Positions 27,121-35,985 of a DNA stretch of 64,000 nt are shown piece by piece (within the stretch, counting starts at the first letter, position 1; each line of letters starts with the position of its first letter). The DNA lies in the NCBI GenBank assembly GCA_019057385.1, contig JAHQJS010000004.1:676962-740961 (forward strand), in the 5' to 3' direction. The notes under the pieces were generated by a model that saw only the letters and a list, made by a program, of their open reading frames with translations, was not told where the DNA came from and ran no database searches. The translations under genes and the position numbers were made by a program. The stretch comes from Candidatus Borrarchaeum weybense. Lineage in GTDB: Archaea > Asgardarchaeota > Sifarchaeia > Borrarchaeales > Borrarchaeaceae.

Positions 27121-28323
27121 CTAACATAAACTGAATAATAACCCTTTTCCATATGTTATCAACTCCACGTTGTTAATTGCGACACTGGGATTTTTTCCTT
27201 TAGGATTGTCCAACACAACTCGTTTTCCGTAACAATGAACTCCTTTTACTCTATATGTGTTATGATTATACTTGACAAGGTCATAGGGTTGCAACTGGTA
27301 TCTCTGTCTCCTAATAGACGGTTTGAATCCCTTTCTATTCTTCTGTAGCGAACGGTTATTGCGCCTGATTTGTATCACCTCATACGGGCGGCAGCGTTCT
27401 TGATTGGTGCCGCCGGCAATGACGAATGCATCATTAATATGAGATTTTTCTAAACCTAACTTATTGCGGTGGTATTTAGTAACGTATCCGTAAGTATATT
27501 CTGCATCTAATTGCTCTACTAGTTTCCAACGAATGTTATTCAGACAGGCGGTTGCTTTAAGTGGCGTCTTTGCCTGCTGCTGGATGTGAGGGTAGCCGAA
27601 CTCCTCGGCGGTCTTATCTCCTTTTTTAAGGTTACATTTCCTACAGGCGATCGTCAAATTCGACACTCGATCTGTCCCACCTCGGCTTTTCGGAACGATA
27701 TGCTCGACTTCTAGGGGCACGCCCGTTTTACCACAATAGGCACATTTGCGTCCCCACTTATCTAACAGGTATTCTTTGACTTCGTAGCCCTGAAGTTCGC
27801 CCTGCTGGTACTCTACGCCTGTAATTTCCGGATGTTGCATTTTGTGAGCGTCGAAATTGCCCACCTCTATTTTTTTGAAGGGTATCGGTAGCATCGTTTC
27901 AAGTGTTTCACCTAATCGAATATGTGAGTCATGCCGATGTTGAATACTGGGGGGTAACCAGCCTTCAGGTCGTGTTCGGTTATCAAATCGTGGTGGTCGA
28001 TACCCTAATCTGCCTCTACGAGTGCTACGATACCTACGTTTTTCCGCTAGCTTGTTAGATACATCCTTGCGCAAGCGTAACGTGCAACTGATGACTTCTA
28101 ATTTATCGGTCGTGGCACTAAATCCGAGTTTCATATATCCCGGGTCTACTCCCAGTTTAATCGATTGTGTCGCCTCTCCGGTGGCATAATTCAACTGAAT
28201 GGTAAACGGGCATCGCTGAACAACTGTTGCCTTGCCTTCTTTTAACAACTTTTTTCCTGTATGTTGTGTGGTCGGCATGAGGGGGTGCCCCCTCATGTTC
28301 AACACATAGATAGGTACTCTCAA
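27121..28323 (-). CDS. iscB: RNA-guided endonuclease IscB
   Basis: PLMP motif, RuvC-I LGVDPG, Arg-rich bridge helix, RuvC-II IEVGNFD, HNH CAYC..EHIVPKSRGGTD..SNL...C..CN, RuvC-III SHINDA; AGGAGG SD. Confidence 0.95.
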   Translation of the reverse strand: MRVPIYVLNMRGHPLMPTTQHTGKKLLKEGKATVVQRCPFTIQLNYATGEATQSIKLGVDPGYMKLGFSATTDKLEVISCTLRLRKDVSNKLAEKRRYRSTRRGRLGYRPPRFDNRTRPEGWLPPSIQHRHDSHIRLGETLETMLPIPFKKIEVGNFDAHKMQHPEITGVEYQQGELQGYEVKEYLLDKWGRKCAYCGKTGVPLEVEHIVPKSRGGTDRVSNLTIACRKCNLKKGDKTAEEFGYPHIQQQAKTPLKATACLNNIRWKLVEQLDAEYTYGYVTKYHRNKLGLEKSHINDAFVIAGGTNQERCRPYEVIQIRRNNRSLQKNRKGFKPSIRRQRYQLQPYDLVKYNHNTYRVKGVHCYGKRVVLDNPKGKNPSVAINNVELITYGKGLLFSLC

Positions 28324-28593
28324 GTCCTATCTCCTCCTTTAACGAGTGTTAAAGTCGGTTGGTTCTCTTCGCCAAGGTTATCAGTCAGTACTCTACGATG
28401 ATCACTGAGAGTTTCCTCTCTGTTTAAACCACCGTTTACAGAGCAAGGGACTAGAGAAGCATCCCTTGGTGTGTTCTTTAACTCTCCTGATAACTTAGAT
28501 ACCGCCATATCCATGACCTCTCTTAGGCTAATCAACTAATTACTCTCAGGTCTCACGACCCAAGCCCCGACTCTTCAGGGTGGGGTAATTGAC
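28324..28593 (-). ncRNA. omegaRNA (HEARO-type) scaffold of the IscB element; guide derives from host sequence 28594 onward
   Basis: GTCAA..ACCCC 5' hairpin, GTTGATTAGCCTAAG, GGATGCTTCTCTAGTCC, CTCTG, CCTTGGCGAAGAGAA; located directly upstream of iscB. Confidence 0.88.
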
Positions 28594-28630
28594 TGTAAAC
28601 CTCATGGTAGAGCCCCTCGTAGATTTTTAT

Positions 28631-29033
28631 CTAACCTCCGCAAGAAGACTCCATCCGACAGGGTGGAGATGAATTGCGGTACGGGTTGTGTCTCACGTAT
28701 CCCTTTCTGCGAGCACAGGGGATAGTGTGCCCATACCAAACTATATTTAACGACCTGTAAAGGTCAGCTCCGCCGAAGCGGGTTTGTCCTCATCACCAAT
28801 GTTGAGGCAGGCACGGAACATGATGATGGTACAGGTCTCGGGATACCGATCTGGGTCGTCCACCATGTCTTTCAGAGCCTGGAACTTGAGGAGCATTCCA
28901 GGGTGATTTTCAGACACTCAGCCCCGAACGTAGTTCATCTGCCTCCACCCTACAGGAGACTTCACTTAGGCTAATCTCCTACCCCTCTACAGGAGCTCTT
29001 TCAACCCCCTTCCGAAAGGGAGGGGTAGTTGAC
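28631..29033 (-). mobile_element. Non-autonomous ORF-less omegaRNA element (IscB-type ends)
   Basis: Starts GTCAACTACCCCTCCC, ends CTCCACCCTGTCGGATGGAGTC hairpin similar to the IscB element end; precise excision restores DKT|IKIYEG; inserted 5' of ATAAA. Confidence 0.88.
28760..29033 (-). ncRNA. Stand-alone omegaRNA scaffold (3' boundary approximate)
   Basis: GATTAGCCCTAAG, CTACGTT, GGAATGCTCCTCAAGTTCC, CTCTG, AACATTGGTGATGAGG parallel the first omegaRNA. Confidence 0.8.
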
Positions 29034-29287
29034 AGTTTTATCCGGCATACTCATTAATTCATCAAGTTCATCTGCACCAAGCACTAATGAATCTGAAGAT
29101 CTGCTTTGAACCAAAGTAGGAATCCTAATCTGACTAACCAATTTCTTGGCTTGCATATTTGCTGCTATTAATTCTGTGCCTAACTTAAAAGTGATTTTAG
29201 AAAGAACTAATGGATCGTCTTCATACACTGTAACTACGTTGGGATCACGAGAAATCTCCGTACTTAATTTGGGATCGATTTTGCGTT

Positions 29288-29395
29288 TCATGAGAAGGCG
29301 CGTCTTCGAGCGTTACCGAATCGTCTCATCAGGTCGTCCAGCACCTGTGTGTCTGCGAATGAGGTGATAACCCCAGGAAGTGTAATCACGGCCAT
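29288..29395 (-). pseudogene. Possible N-terminal fragment of an IS200/IS605 TnpB-related protein
   Basis: MAVITLPGVI...QVLDDLMRRFGNARRRAFS resembles TnpB-related N-termini; GC-richer than surroundings; abuts the deleted hydrolase. Confidence 0.45.
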
Positions 29396-29600
29396 AGTAC
29401 GTCGCTTCCAGTAGTTAGAAAGTTAGTAAGGAGCACCACTCTTATAAACAGACAGACCCCAACCTGTAACTAAAAAAGTGAAGCAGAAGACGGACCCCTT
29501 CAAAATTCACGGATTTTTTTAAAAACCCGAAATTCAAAATTGAAAAAAAGAAGCTGAAAAGGAAAAAAGAGAACGATAAGAGGCCTGAATAATTTTCTAG

Positions 29601-29747
29601 CTAAATCTTACCTTCCTTTTTCAATTTATCAAGCATTTCTCGACCGTGACATTTGATTATCTGCTCTTCTGAGCAGTTTCCTTCTTTAAATGAATCCCTA
29701 ATTTCAGGCTTGTCACATTCACATTCTTCGGCGTGTTTTTCAACCAT
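29601..29747 (-). CDS. Small Cys/His-rich protein (48 aa), not in ORF track
   Basis: GAGGTG SD; MVEKHAEECECDKPEIRDSFKEGNCSEEQIIKCHGREMLDKLKKEGKI. Confidence 0.6.
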   Translation of the reverse strand: MVEKHAEECECDKPEIRDSFKEGNCSEEQIIKCHGREMLDKLKKEGKI

Positions 29748-29948
29748 ACTGTTCACCTCTTAGTTTTACAAACACAGAGAATACTATAACTTGAACTTCT
29801 CTGCATTGCAACTTATTTAGTGATGTTTTTTGTTTTTAGAGAAAATTTTTTATTACTTCAAAAAATATAGTGTATCTGATAATATAAATTGCAAAGAGGA
29901 TGCTATGGAAATAACTTCCCAAAAGTAAAGCGGCAGAAAGGTGATTAT

Positions 29949-30371
29949 ATGATTCAAGAAAATGAATGTAAGAGTTTAGATCATGCTAATAAGTCGGATA
30001 AAGTTACCAATACTAATGAACGCCTTCATTGGCATTGTCTGCAGCATGAAGGAAATCTTAATTGTACAAGTGAATGTGTGCTTCAAAATGCATTGAAAAT
30101 TTTTGGAAAGAAGCATTCTATGTCCATAATTCGGGCTCTTCTGCGTCACAATAAATTACGCTTTAATAAACTACTGGACGCGGTAGGAGGCAGCCCTAAG
30201 ACCCTTACTAAACGTCTAAGAGAGTTAGAGGAACACGGGTTATTAGACCGAGAGACTTATGACGAAATTCCACCTAGGGTTGAATATTCACTTACAAAAC
30301 CTGGAAAAGATTTGGAAGATATCTTTGAAAGGATTTCCATCTGGGCTGGAACTTGGATCGCGAGTAGATAG
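29949..30371 (+). CDS. HxlR family winged-helix transcriptional regulator
   Basis: ALKIFGKKH...II..L....LRF..L....GSPKTLT.RLRELE..GL..R..Y.EIPPRVEYSLT..G; AGGTGA SD before ATG 29949. Confidence 0.9.
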   Translation: MIQENECKSLDHANKSDKVTNTNERLHWHCLQHEGNLNCTSECVLQNALKIFGKKHSMSIIRALLRHNKLRFNKLLDAVGGSPKTLTKRLRELEEHGLLDRETYDEIPPRVEYSLTKPGKDLEDIFERISIWAGTWIASR

Positions 30372-30429
30372 AAGAACGCAAAATTAGAATGAAATTACTA
30401 GAAAACAAAAAATGGTGCGTCAGACAAAT

Positions 30430-30903
30430 TTAATCGATTACTTCTTCAACATAGACTAAAGCTTCATTTGGACAATGTGCCACACATGCTGGAACGTCGC
30501 TATCTGGACAAAGATCACATTTTGAAACCACTTTAACATTGTTATTTTCATCTCGAGCAATAGTAATAGCCCCATACGGGCACACCATGATACAACTGCA
30601 GCATCCGACGCATTTATCTGCGTTATGTTGTACTGTCCCGTCTTCATCAATGTACATAGCACCACTAATGCACGCATACACACAATCAGGTTCATTACAG
30701 TGACGGCATTGCAGTGCAAATGAAATTGGTTTACTTATTTCTACTATTACTTTTGGATCTGGTTTCTGTAATTCGTGTTTGAATGCTTTGATTATGTCTT
30801 TTGATTTAGAATGTTCAACTACACACCAAATCTCACACAGTTTGCAGCCTATACATACTTCTTCGTTAGCATAAATTCTTTTCATAAAACTCATCTGCCT
30901 CAA
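30430..30903 (-). CDS. 4Fe-4S dicluster protein (CooF/DmsB-like)
   Basis: CIGCKLC, CRHC..PDC...C, CVGCCSC...CPYG, KCDLC...PACV..CP. Confidence 0.9.
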   Translation of the reverse strand: MRQMSFMKRIYANEEVCIGCKLCEIWCVVEHSKSKDIIKAFKHELQKPDPKVIVEISKPISFALQCRHCNEPDCVYACISGAMYIDEDGTVQHNADKCVGCCSCIMVCPYGAITIARDENNNVKVVSKCDLCPDSDVPACVAHCPNEALVYVEEVID

Positions 30904-30921
30904 ATTTCAAATGACATTAAT

Positions 30922-31689
30922 TCAATATGCATATAATTTTCCATAAGGACGTTTATGAACAGGAATGAGTTTGGTAAATGGCATATCTAAGATTTCTTGA
31001 TCGTTGAAACCATCAAAATACCATGTAAACTCTCTAATAGCTTTTTCTAGCAATTTAAAGTCTTCTTCGTCCATTTCAACAGGGCTGATTTCTTTTCCTA
31101 ACTGAGACTCTTTTATGTTATCTTCATCGCCACGGATGAAAAGCGTCCCTCCATGCATACCAGTTCCTATGAAATTAGCTCTGTGAGTTTGACCTTTTCT
31201 TAAAGTTAATCCAAGTAAAATTCCGATTCCACCCGCCATATATTCCCCGAAAAAGTCTTGTGCAGTCCCACCGATAACTACAACCGGTTTTTTCAGTAAA
31301 TATTCTTTCATATGCAAAAGACATCTATACCCGACATCTCCTCGTATGAAAATCTTGCCACCACGCATTGACATAGCGAGCAGATCTCCTGCGTTGCCAT
31401 GAACTATGATTTTGCCATCGTTCATCGTATTTCCGATTCCATCCTGACCATTTCCATAAACCTGAATGCTAATAGGTCCGTTCAAAAATGCTCCTAAATC
31501 CTGTCCAGGTGTACCATTTATTTCAATCTCTATCTGACGATCGTAAACACCAGTACCAATATAGCGATGTCCATATACATTATCAAGAATGAGTTTCCTA
31601 ATTCCATTGGTTGCTGCTTGTCTTATTTTTTCATTTAATTCACGGAAAGGTATGCCCGCAGCATTAATTACCTTAGCATAAGTGCTCAT
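30922..31689 (-). CDS. gltB3: Glutamate synthase domain 3 subunit, copy 2
   Basis: NVYGHRYIG, GTPGQDLG, DGIGNTM, GEYMAGG, GTGMHGG. Confidence 0.88.
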   Translation of the reverse strand: MSTYAKVINAAGIPFRELNEKIRQAATNGIRKLILDNVYGHRYIGTGVYDRQIEIEINGTPGQDLGAFLNGPISIQVYGNGQDGIGNTMNDGKIIVHGNAGDLLAMSMRGGKIFIRGDVGYRCLLHMKEYLLKKPVVVIGGTAQDFFGEYMAGGIGILLGLTLRKGQTHRANFIGTGMHGGTLFIRGDEDNIKESQLGKEISPVEMDEEDFKLLEKAIREFTWYFDGFNDQEILDMPFTKLIPVHKRPYGKLYAY

Positions 31690-33186
31690 CTATTGTCCAG
31701 CCCCCTTTACACCTAACACCTTTAGTTCCCAATCGGCTAAATCGATCCCACGTAAATGCAATCTGTTTCCTCTAAGGCTTTCTAATGCGTTGATACCCAT
31801 TCCACCAAGCATTTCTTTAACTTCTAAACTCCAAGCTTTTAGTAAGTTGAGCAATCGTCTTCTTGCGATATCTGGGTTTAATCGTTTTGCCAAGTAGGGG
31901 TCTTGTGTGCATATGCCCCAATTACATTTTCCTGTATAGCAACGCTGGCAAACAGTACATCCCATAGCTACAAGAGCAGCGGTCCCAATATAGACTGCAT
32001 CTGCACCCAGAGCGATTGCTTTAACAATATCTGCAGAATTCCGGAAACCACCTGCACATATAAGTGAACATTGATTTCGGATGCCTTCTGCACGCAATCG
32101 GTCATCAACCGATGCAAGTGCAAGTTCAATTGGAACCCCTACATTATCGCGAATAATTTGAGGGGCGGCACCTGTGCCTCCACGGAACCCATCTATTGCA
32201 ACAATATCTGCGCCTGCACGTACAATACCTGACGCTATTGCCGCTGCATTGTGAACTGCTGCAATTTTGACTGAAATCGGTTTGTAATTTGTAGCTTCTT
32301 TCAGAGCGTAGATCAGAGTAGAAAGATCTTCAATGGAGTAAATGTCATGTTGAGGAGCAGGAGACAAGGCATCAGTGCCTTCTGGTATCATTCTGGTTTG
32401 TGAGACTGTAACTGAAACCTTTTCACCTGGTAAATGTCCACCTATACCTGGTTTCGCTCCCTGTCCAATTTTAATTTCAACGATCCTTGAGGTGTTTAGG
32501 TAATCTGAGTCAACGCCAAATCGTCCTGAAGCACACTGTACGATAGCATTATTACCATATTTTCGCAGTTCAAGAGGTAATCCTCCTTCTCCTGTATTAA
32601 ACAGCGTTCCAAATTCTGTAGCAGCTTGTGCTAATGCCTTTTGTGCTTGAAAACTTATCGCACCGAAGCTGATCGCAGAGAAGATAATGGGCGTTTCTAT
32701 CCTTACTTGTTCTGTTTCTTCATATTCTAGGACTCCATTTTTATAAGAGAGCCCCTCAGGCTTTTTACCAAGATATATGCGAAGTTCCATCGGTTCCCGC
32801 AAAGGATCTATGCTTGGATTTGTTACCTGTGATGCATTGATAAGTAAATGATCAAAATAAATTTTATATGGTTGTGGGTTGCCACATCCCGTAAGTAAGA
32901 CGCCTCCAGTTTCTGCCTGCTTTTTTAAATTGTTTATAACTTCTTTTGTCCAACTAGCATTAGGACGATAATCAGCTGGATTTGGTCGAATAATTAGTGC
33001 ATTAGTTGGACATAGGACTGCGCATCTTTGGCAACCAGCACAGTCTTCTTCTTTCACAAACATAAGATCAAGTTCTTCATCATGTCTATGAACCTCGAAC
33101 CCACACTGTCGAACGCACACGCCACAACGTATGCATCTGTCTTCATTTCTTTCAATAAGAAATTCTGGGAGTAATTGTGATTTCAT
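31690..33186 (-). CDS. gltB2: Glutamate synthase FMN-binding subunit with ferredoxin domain, copy 2
   Basis: NTGEGG, QCASGRFGV, EIKIGQGAKPGIGGHLPGEKV, SPAPQHDIYSIEDL. Confidence 0.93.
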   Translation of the reverse strand: MKSQLLPEFLIERNEDRCIRCGVCVRQCGFEVHRHDEELDLMFVKEEDCAGCQRCAVLCPTNALIIRPNPADYRPNASWTKEVINNLKKQAETGGVLLTGCGNPQPYKIYFDHLLINASQVTNPSIDPLREPMELRIYLGKKPEGLSYKNGVLEYEETEQVRIETPIIFSAISFGAISFQAQKALAQAATEFGTLFNTGEGGLPLELRKYGNNAIVQCASGRFGVDSDYLNTSRIVEIKIGQGAKPGIGGHLPGEKVSVTVSQTRMIPEGTDALSPAPQHDIYSIEDLSTLIYALKEATNYKPISVKIAAVHNAAAIASGIVRAGADIVAIDGFRGGTGAAPQIIRDNVGVPIELALASVDDRLRAEGIRNQCSLICAGGFRNSADIVKAIALGADAVYIGTAALVAMGCTVCQRCYTGKCNWGICTQDPYLAKRLNPDIARRRLLNLLKAWSLEVKEMLGGMGINALESLRGNRLHLRGIDLADWELKVLGVKGAGQ

Positions 33187-33188
33187 TA

Positions 33189-34331
33189 TTATGATTCACC
33201 TACCGCATAAACAGCTTCTTTATTATAGAGAACTTTACGATCTTTTAATCGACCGATAATCGGTTCACCGCCTTTTGGAGTCCATGTGGTTTCAATATCA
33301 GGACAAACTAGGCGGATAGATCCCTCTTCCGAAGATAAGTAAAGCATGTCATTCTTTTCATTAATTCCTGCACTTAAAGGTCGAAGTCTGATTCTATCGG
33401 TAAGTCCGATCATTTCACCTTCGTGTGCTATAATTATTGTAAATGGTCCATTAAGTAAGAGATCGCCGAAAGCCTTTCGTAGCGTTGTATATTGGTTGCG
33501 AAGTTTTTCATCCTCTAATGCGTCTATTTCACTCCAAAGAGGCGCAGAAAAGACTTTGGCAACTAAATCAATCGGTAAATTATGTCTCCTCATTAACAGA
33601 TCAACAGCATAGGCTATAACTTCTGTATCCGTGAACAATGTGCAGATGTAGCCATACATTTCAAGGAAACGTTTGTTTGTGCCGTAAGAGGAAATCTCTC
33701 CATTGTGTACTACAGACCAATCTAAAACACCAAAAGGATGCGCTCCACCCCACCACGCTTGTGAATTTGTCGGGAATCTACCGTGGGCAGTCCAAAGATA
33801 TCCTTTGTACTCTTCTAAACGGAAATATTCGCCAATCTGTTCTGGGAATCCAACACCTTTGAAGATGCCACTATTTTTACCACTTGAGAAAACAAAAGCG
33901 TCCTGAATTTGTGTATTGATCTCCATTACTTTCTTCACAATGTAGTCTGGATTTTCAACAGGAGGCTTTACGAAATAACGCCAGACTATTGGTGCATGGA
34001 GTTGATCAATGCTAAGAGTTGGTTTAGTGGGAATTTCTTCGTCAAATTCGATCTCAAAATTATGCTTAAGAAAATCTTCTGTGAGTTCTTTTCCTTTTCT
34101 AGTTTGATACATGATATGAAATGCATAATAATCCTTGAATTCGGGATATAATCCATAAATTGCAAAGCCTCCCCCTAAGCCATTGCCTCTCTCGTGCATG
34201 TTAGCAATCGCATGAAGTATGTCATTTCCATAGAACAAATCTCCTTTAACATTCATCATTCCGAAGATAGAACAATTAGAAATGACTTTATCATCATTAT
34301 ACGGATTCGCTATTTTCTTCAAGTCATGCAT
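33189..34331 (-). CDS. gltB1: Glutamate synthase class II amidotransferase subunit, copy 2
   Basis: CSIFG, ERGNGLGGG, HGRFPTN..AWWGGAHPF, HNGEI, DTEV. Confidence 0.9.
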   Translation of the reverse strand: MHDLKKIANPYNDDKVISNCSIFGMMNVKGDLFYGNDILHAIANMHERGNGLGGGFAIYGLYPEFKDYYAFHIMYQTRKGKELTEDFLKHNFEIEFDEEIPTKPTLSIDQLHAPIVWRYFVKPPVENPDYIVKKVMEINTQIQDAFVFSSGKNSGIFKGVGFPEQIGEYFRLEEYKGYLWTAHGRFPTNSQAWWGGAHPFGVLDWSVVHNGEISSYGTNKRFLEMYGYICTLFTDTEVIAYAVDLLMRRHNLPIDLVAKVFSAPLWSEIDALEDEKLRNQYTTLRKAFGDLLLNGPFTIIIAHEGEMIGLTDRIRLRPLSAGINEKNDMLYLSSEEGSIRLVCPDIETTWTPKGGEPIIGRLKDRKVLYNKEAVYAVGES

Positions 34332-35623
34332 GAGAGGTTCTCCTTTGCCAGTAAATCATTTCTTACTTGATCGCTCAAGTGGATAAGACCGAAATCTTCA
34401 GAAAGTAAATCATCCTTGAATTCCGAGACATCAATTTTGTTTCTCATTAACCCAAGGAAAATTCCTGCACGATCTATCTCATTAGCTAGAACGAATCCCA
34501 TTATTTTATTATCCTTTAAAATAATTGATTTGTAAAAACTCTCTGTGTTTTGGCTTAAAATCTCGTAATCTGATTTTTCTTCGTCTGAAAGGTTGATTAT
34601 TCCAGCAGAGATGATTGGAAATCCAAAAAAGGTCGTAGAATTCATGCTGGTGCCCCAATAGTACTCTTTACAATCACCCGCCATATTGAATCCTGCGATT
34701 CTCCCACCTACAAAAGCGGTTGGCCACAACGGAGTCAATCTGAAAGAATCCATAATAAAATCATAGACTTCTGCACAATCACCGCACGCAAAAACATTGG
34801 GCACACTAGTCTCCATTTTCTTATTAACTAAAATTCCCCGGTTGACTTCTACTTCACTTTCTCTAACTAATTCTATCCTTGGTCGCACACCTATCGCAAT
34901 AACTACAATGTCGCATCGGATTGTAGTTCCATCTTTTAGAACGACTCCCCCTACTTCATTAGGATTTGAGAAACTTCCAGTAATTTCTGAGATAGTGTTA
35001 CCAGTTATTATCTTGATGTCTTGATTTTCCAGGACTGTTTCAACCCATTGAGAGGCTGGTTGATCAATTACTAGTGGCATAAGTCGATCTAGAAGTTCAA
35101 CAACAGTAACTTCAAGTCCTTTCATTCTTAATGCTTCAGCTGCTTTGAGTCCAATAAGCCCTCCGCCTAAAATAACAGCTCTGCCTTTCTTTTCGGATAT
35201 GGTTTTTTGGAGCTCAAGTGTAGTGTCAAGTGTGTTGAACCCCCTAAAAACTCCTGTCTTATCTAGACCGGGCATATTTGGGACGAAAGGTGTGCCACCA
35301 GTAGCTAGTAAAAGTTTCTCATAATATAATTTTTTTCCATTATCTAACGTAACTTTTTTTTCGTTAAAATCGATATTTGTTGCTTGAGTGCCAAAAAAAG
35401 TAGCTACGCCGTTATCCTCATAGAAATTAGGCACTCTAAGATAAATATCGTCTAGTTTAATTTTTTCAGCTAGTAGATATGAAATTAAAGGTCTTGAATA
35501 AGCCGAATAGGGCTCATCAGAGATTACTGCTATTTCATTGGTTTTGTCAACCTCTCTTATTGCTTCTATAGCTCCTATCCCACCAGCTGAGTTTCCAATG
35601 ATAATGTACTTGTAATAATTCAT
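34319..35623 (-). CDS. FAD-dependent NAD(P)H oxidoreductase (NirB/rubredoxin reductase-like)
   Basis: IIIGNSAGG, LLATGG, VILGGGLIG, ETSVPNVFACGD; likely start MNYYKY at 35623. Confidence 0.9.
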   Translation of the reverse strand: MNYYKYIIIGNSAGGIGAIEAIREVDKTNEIAVISDEPYSAYSRPLISYLLAEKIKLDDIYLRVPNFYEDNGVATFFGTQATNIDFNEKKVTLDNGKKLYYEKLLLATGGTPFVPNMPGLDKTGVFRGFNTLDTTLELQKTISEKKGRAVILGGGLIGLKAAEALRMKGLEVTVVELLDRLMPLVIDQPASQWVETVLENQDIKIITGNTISEITGSFSNPNEVGGVVLKDGTTIRCDIVVIAIGVRPRIELVRESEVEVNRGILVNKKMETSVPNVFACGDCAEVYDFIMDSFRLTPLWPTAFVGGRIAGFNMAGDCKEYYWGTSMNSTTFFGFPIISAGIINLSDEEKSDYEILSQNTESFYKSIILKDNKIMGFVLANEIDRAGIFLGLMRNKIDVSEFKDDLLSEDFGLIHLSDQVRNDLLAKENLSCMT

Positions 35624-35788
35624 AGGACACATCGTCCATAGATTCAATAGTTTACATTTGTCAAAGATCGATTCAATAACTTGCTTTTGTCCCAAATCGA
35701 TCAATTACAATAAGGATATCGCTTTAAATGTTTTGCGTTGATTCACAAATGTTGAACTGAAGAAATGTTCACTCCGAGCTTGTTTTTT

Positions 35789-35800
35789 TGAACGTTTGAT
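35789..35800. promoter_or_regulatory. Putative operator TGAACGTTTGAT upstream of glutamate synthase operon 2
   Basis: Exact match to 9201-9212; flanked by AATGTT variants. Confidence 0.35.
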
Positions 35801-35827
35801 ACGTTTTCTAATACTCAGCAAAATATT

Positions 35828-35847
35828 CAAACAAACAAACAAACAAA
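35828..35847. repeat. (CAAA)5 short tandem repeat
   Basis: caaacaaacaaacaaacaaa in the glnA-glt intergenic region. Confidence 0.7.
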
Positions 35848-35985
35848 TTCTCGCAAATGTTTGATCGAATGTATACTTTCTGAGATAGTAATTAACACGG
35901 GTTTTTTCTTTTCTAACTCATTACAACGTAAAGAATTAAAAAAAGAAATGAGGAAAGGGACTTCCGCATTACACATGGTTATGAA

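Larger units (their letters stand above)
27064..28593 (-). mobile_element. IS200/IS605-superfamily IscB (OMEGA) element, no tnpA
   Basis: Begins GTCAATTACCCC hairpin; ends with CTCCACCTTAAAAGGAAGGAG hairpin; precise excision restores host frame; inserted 5' of ATGA. Confidence 0.92.
26996..29280 (-). pseudogene. Alpha/beta hydrolase (lysophospholipase-like) pseudogene, 5'-deleted and split by two omegaRNA elements
   Basis: Removing 27064-28593 and 28631-29033 restores ...ISRDP.VV..Y..DPLV...IPTLV....D.LV...DKT|IKIYEGLYHEVY|NELIEDRRRVLTDLGDWLDDHI*; the N-terminal GxSxG part is missing. Confidence 0.88.

Noticed and set aside
28320-28535. 71-aa ORF upstream of iscB
   Set aside because: Lies wholly within the omegaRNA scaffold.
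29001-29291. 96-aa ORF as an intact gene
   Set aside because: Chimeric reading of a hydrolase fragment running into the left end of the omegaRNA element.
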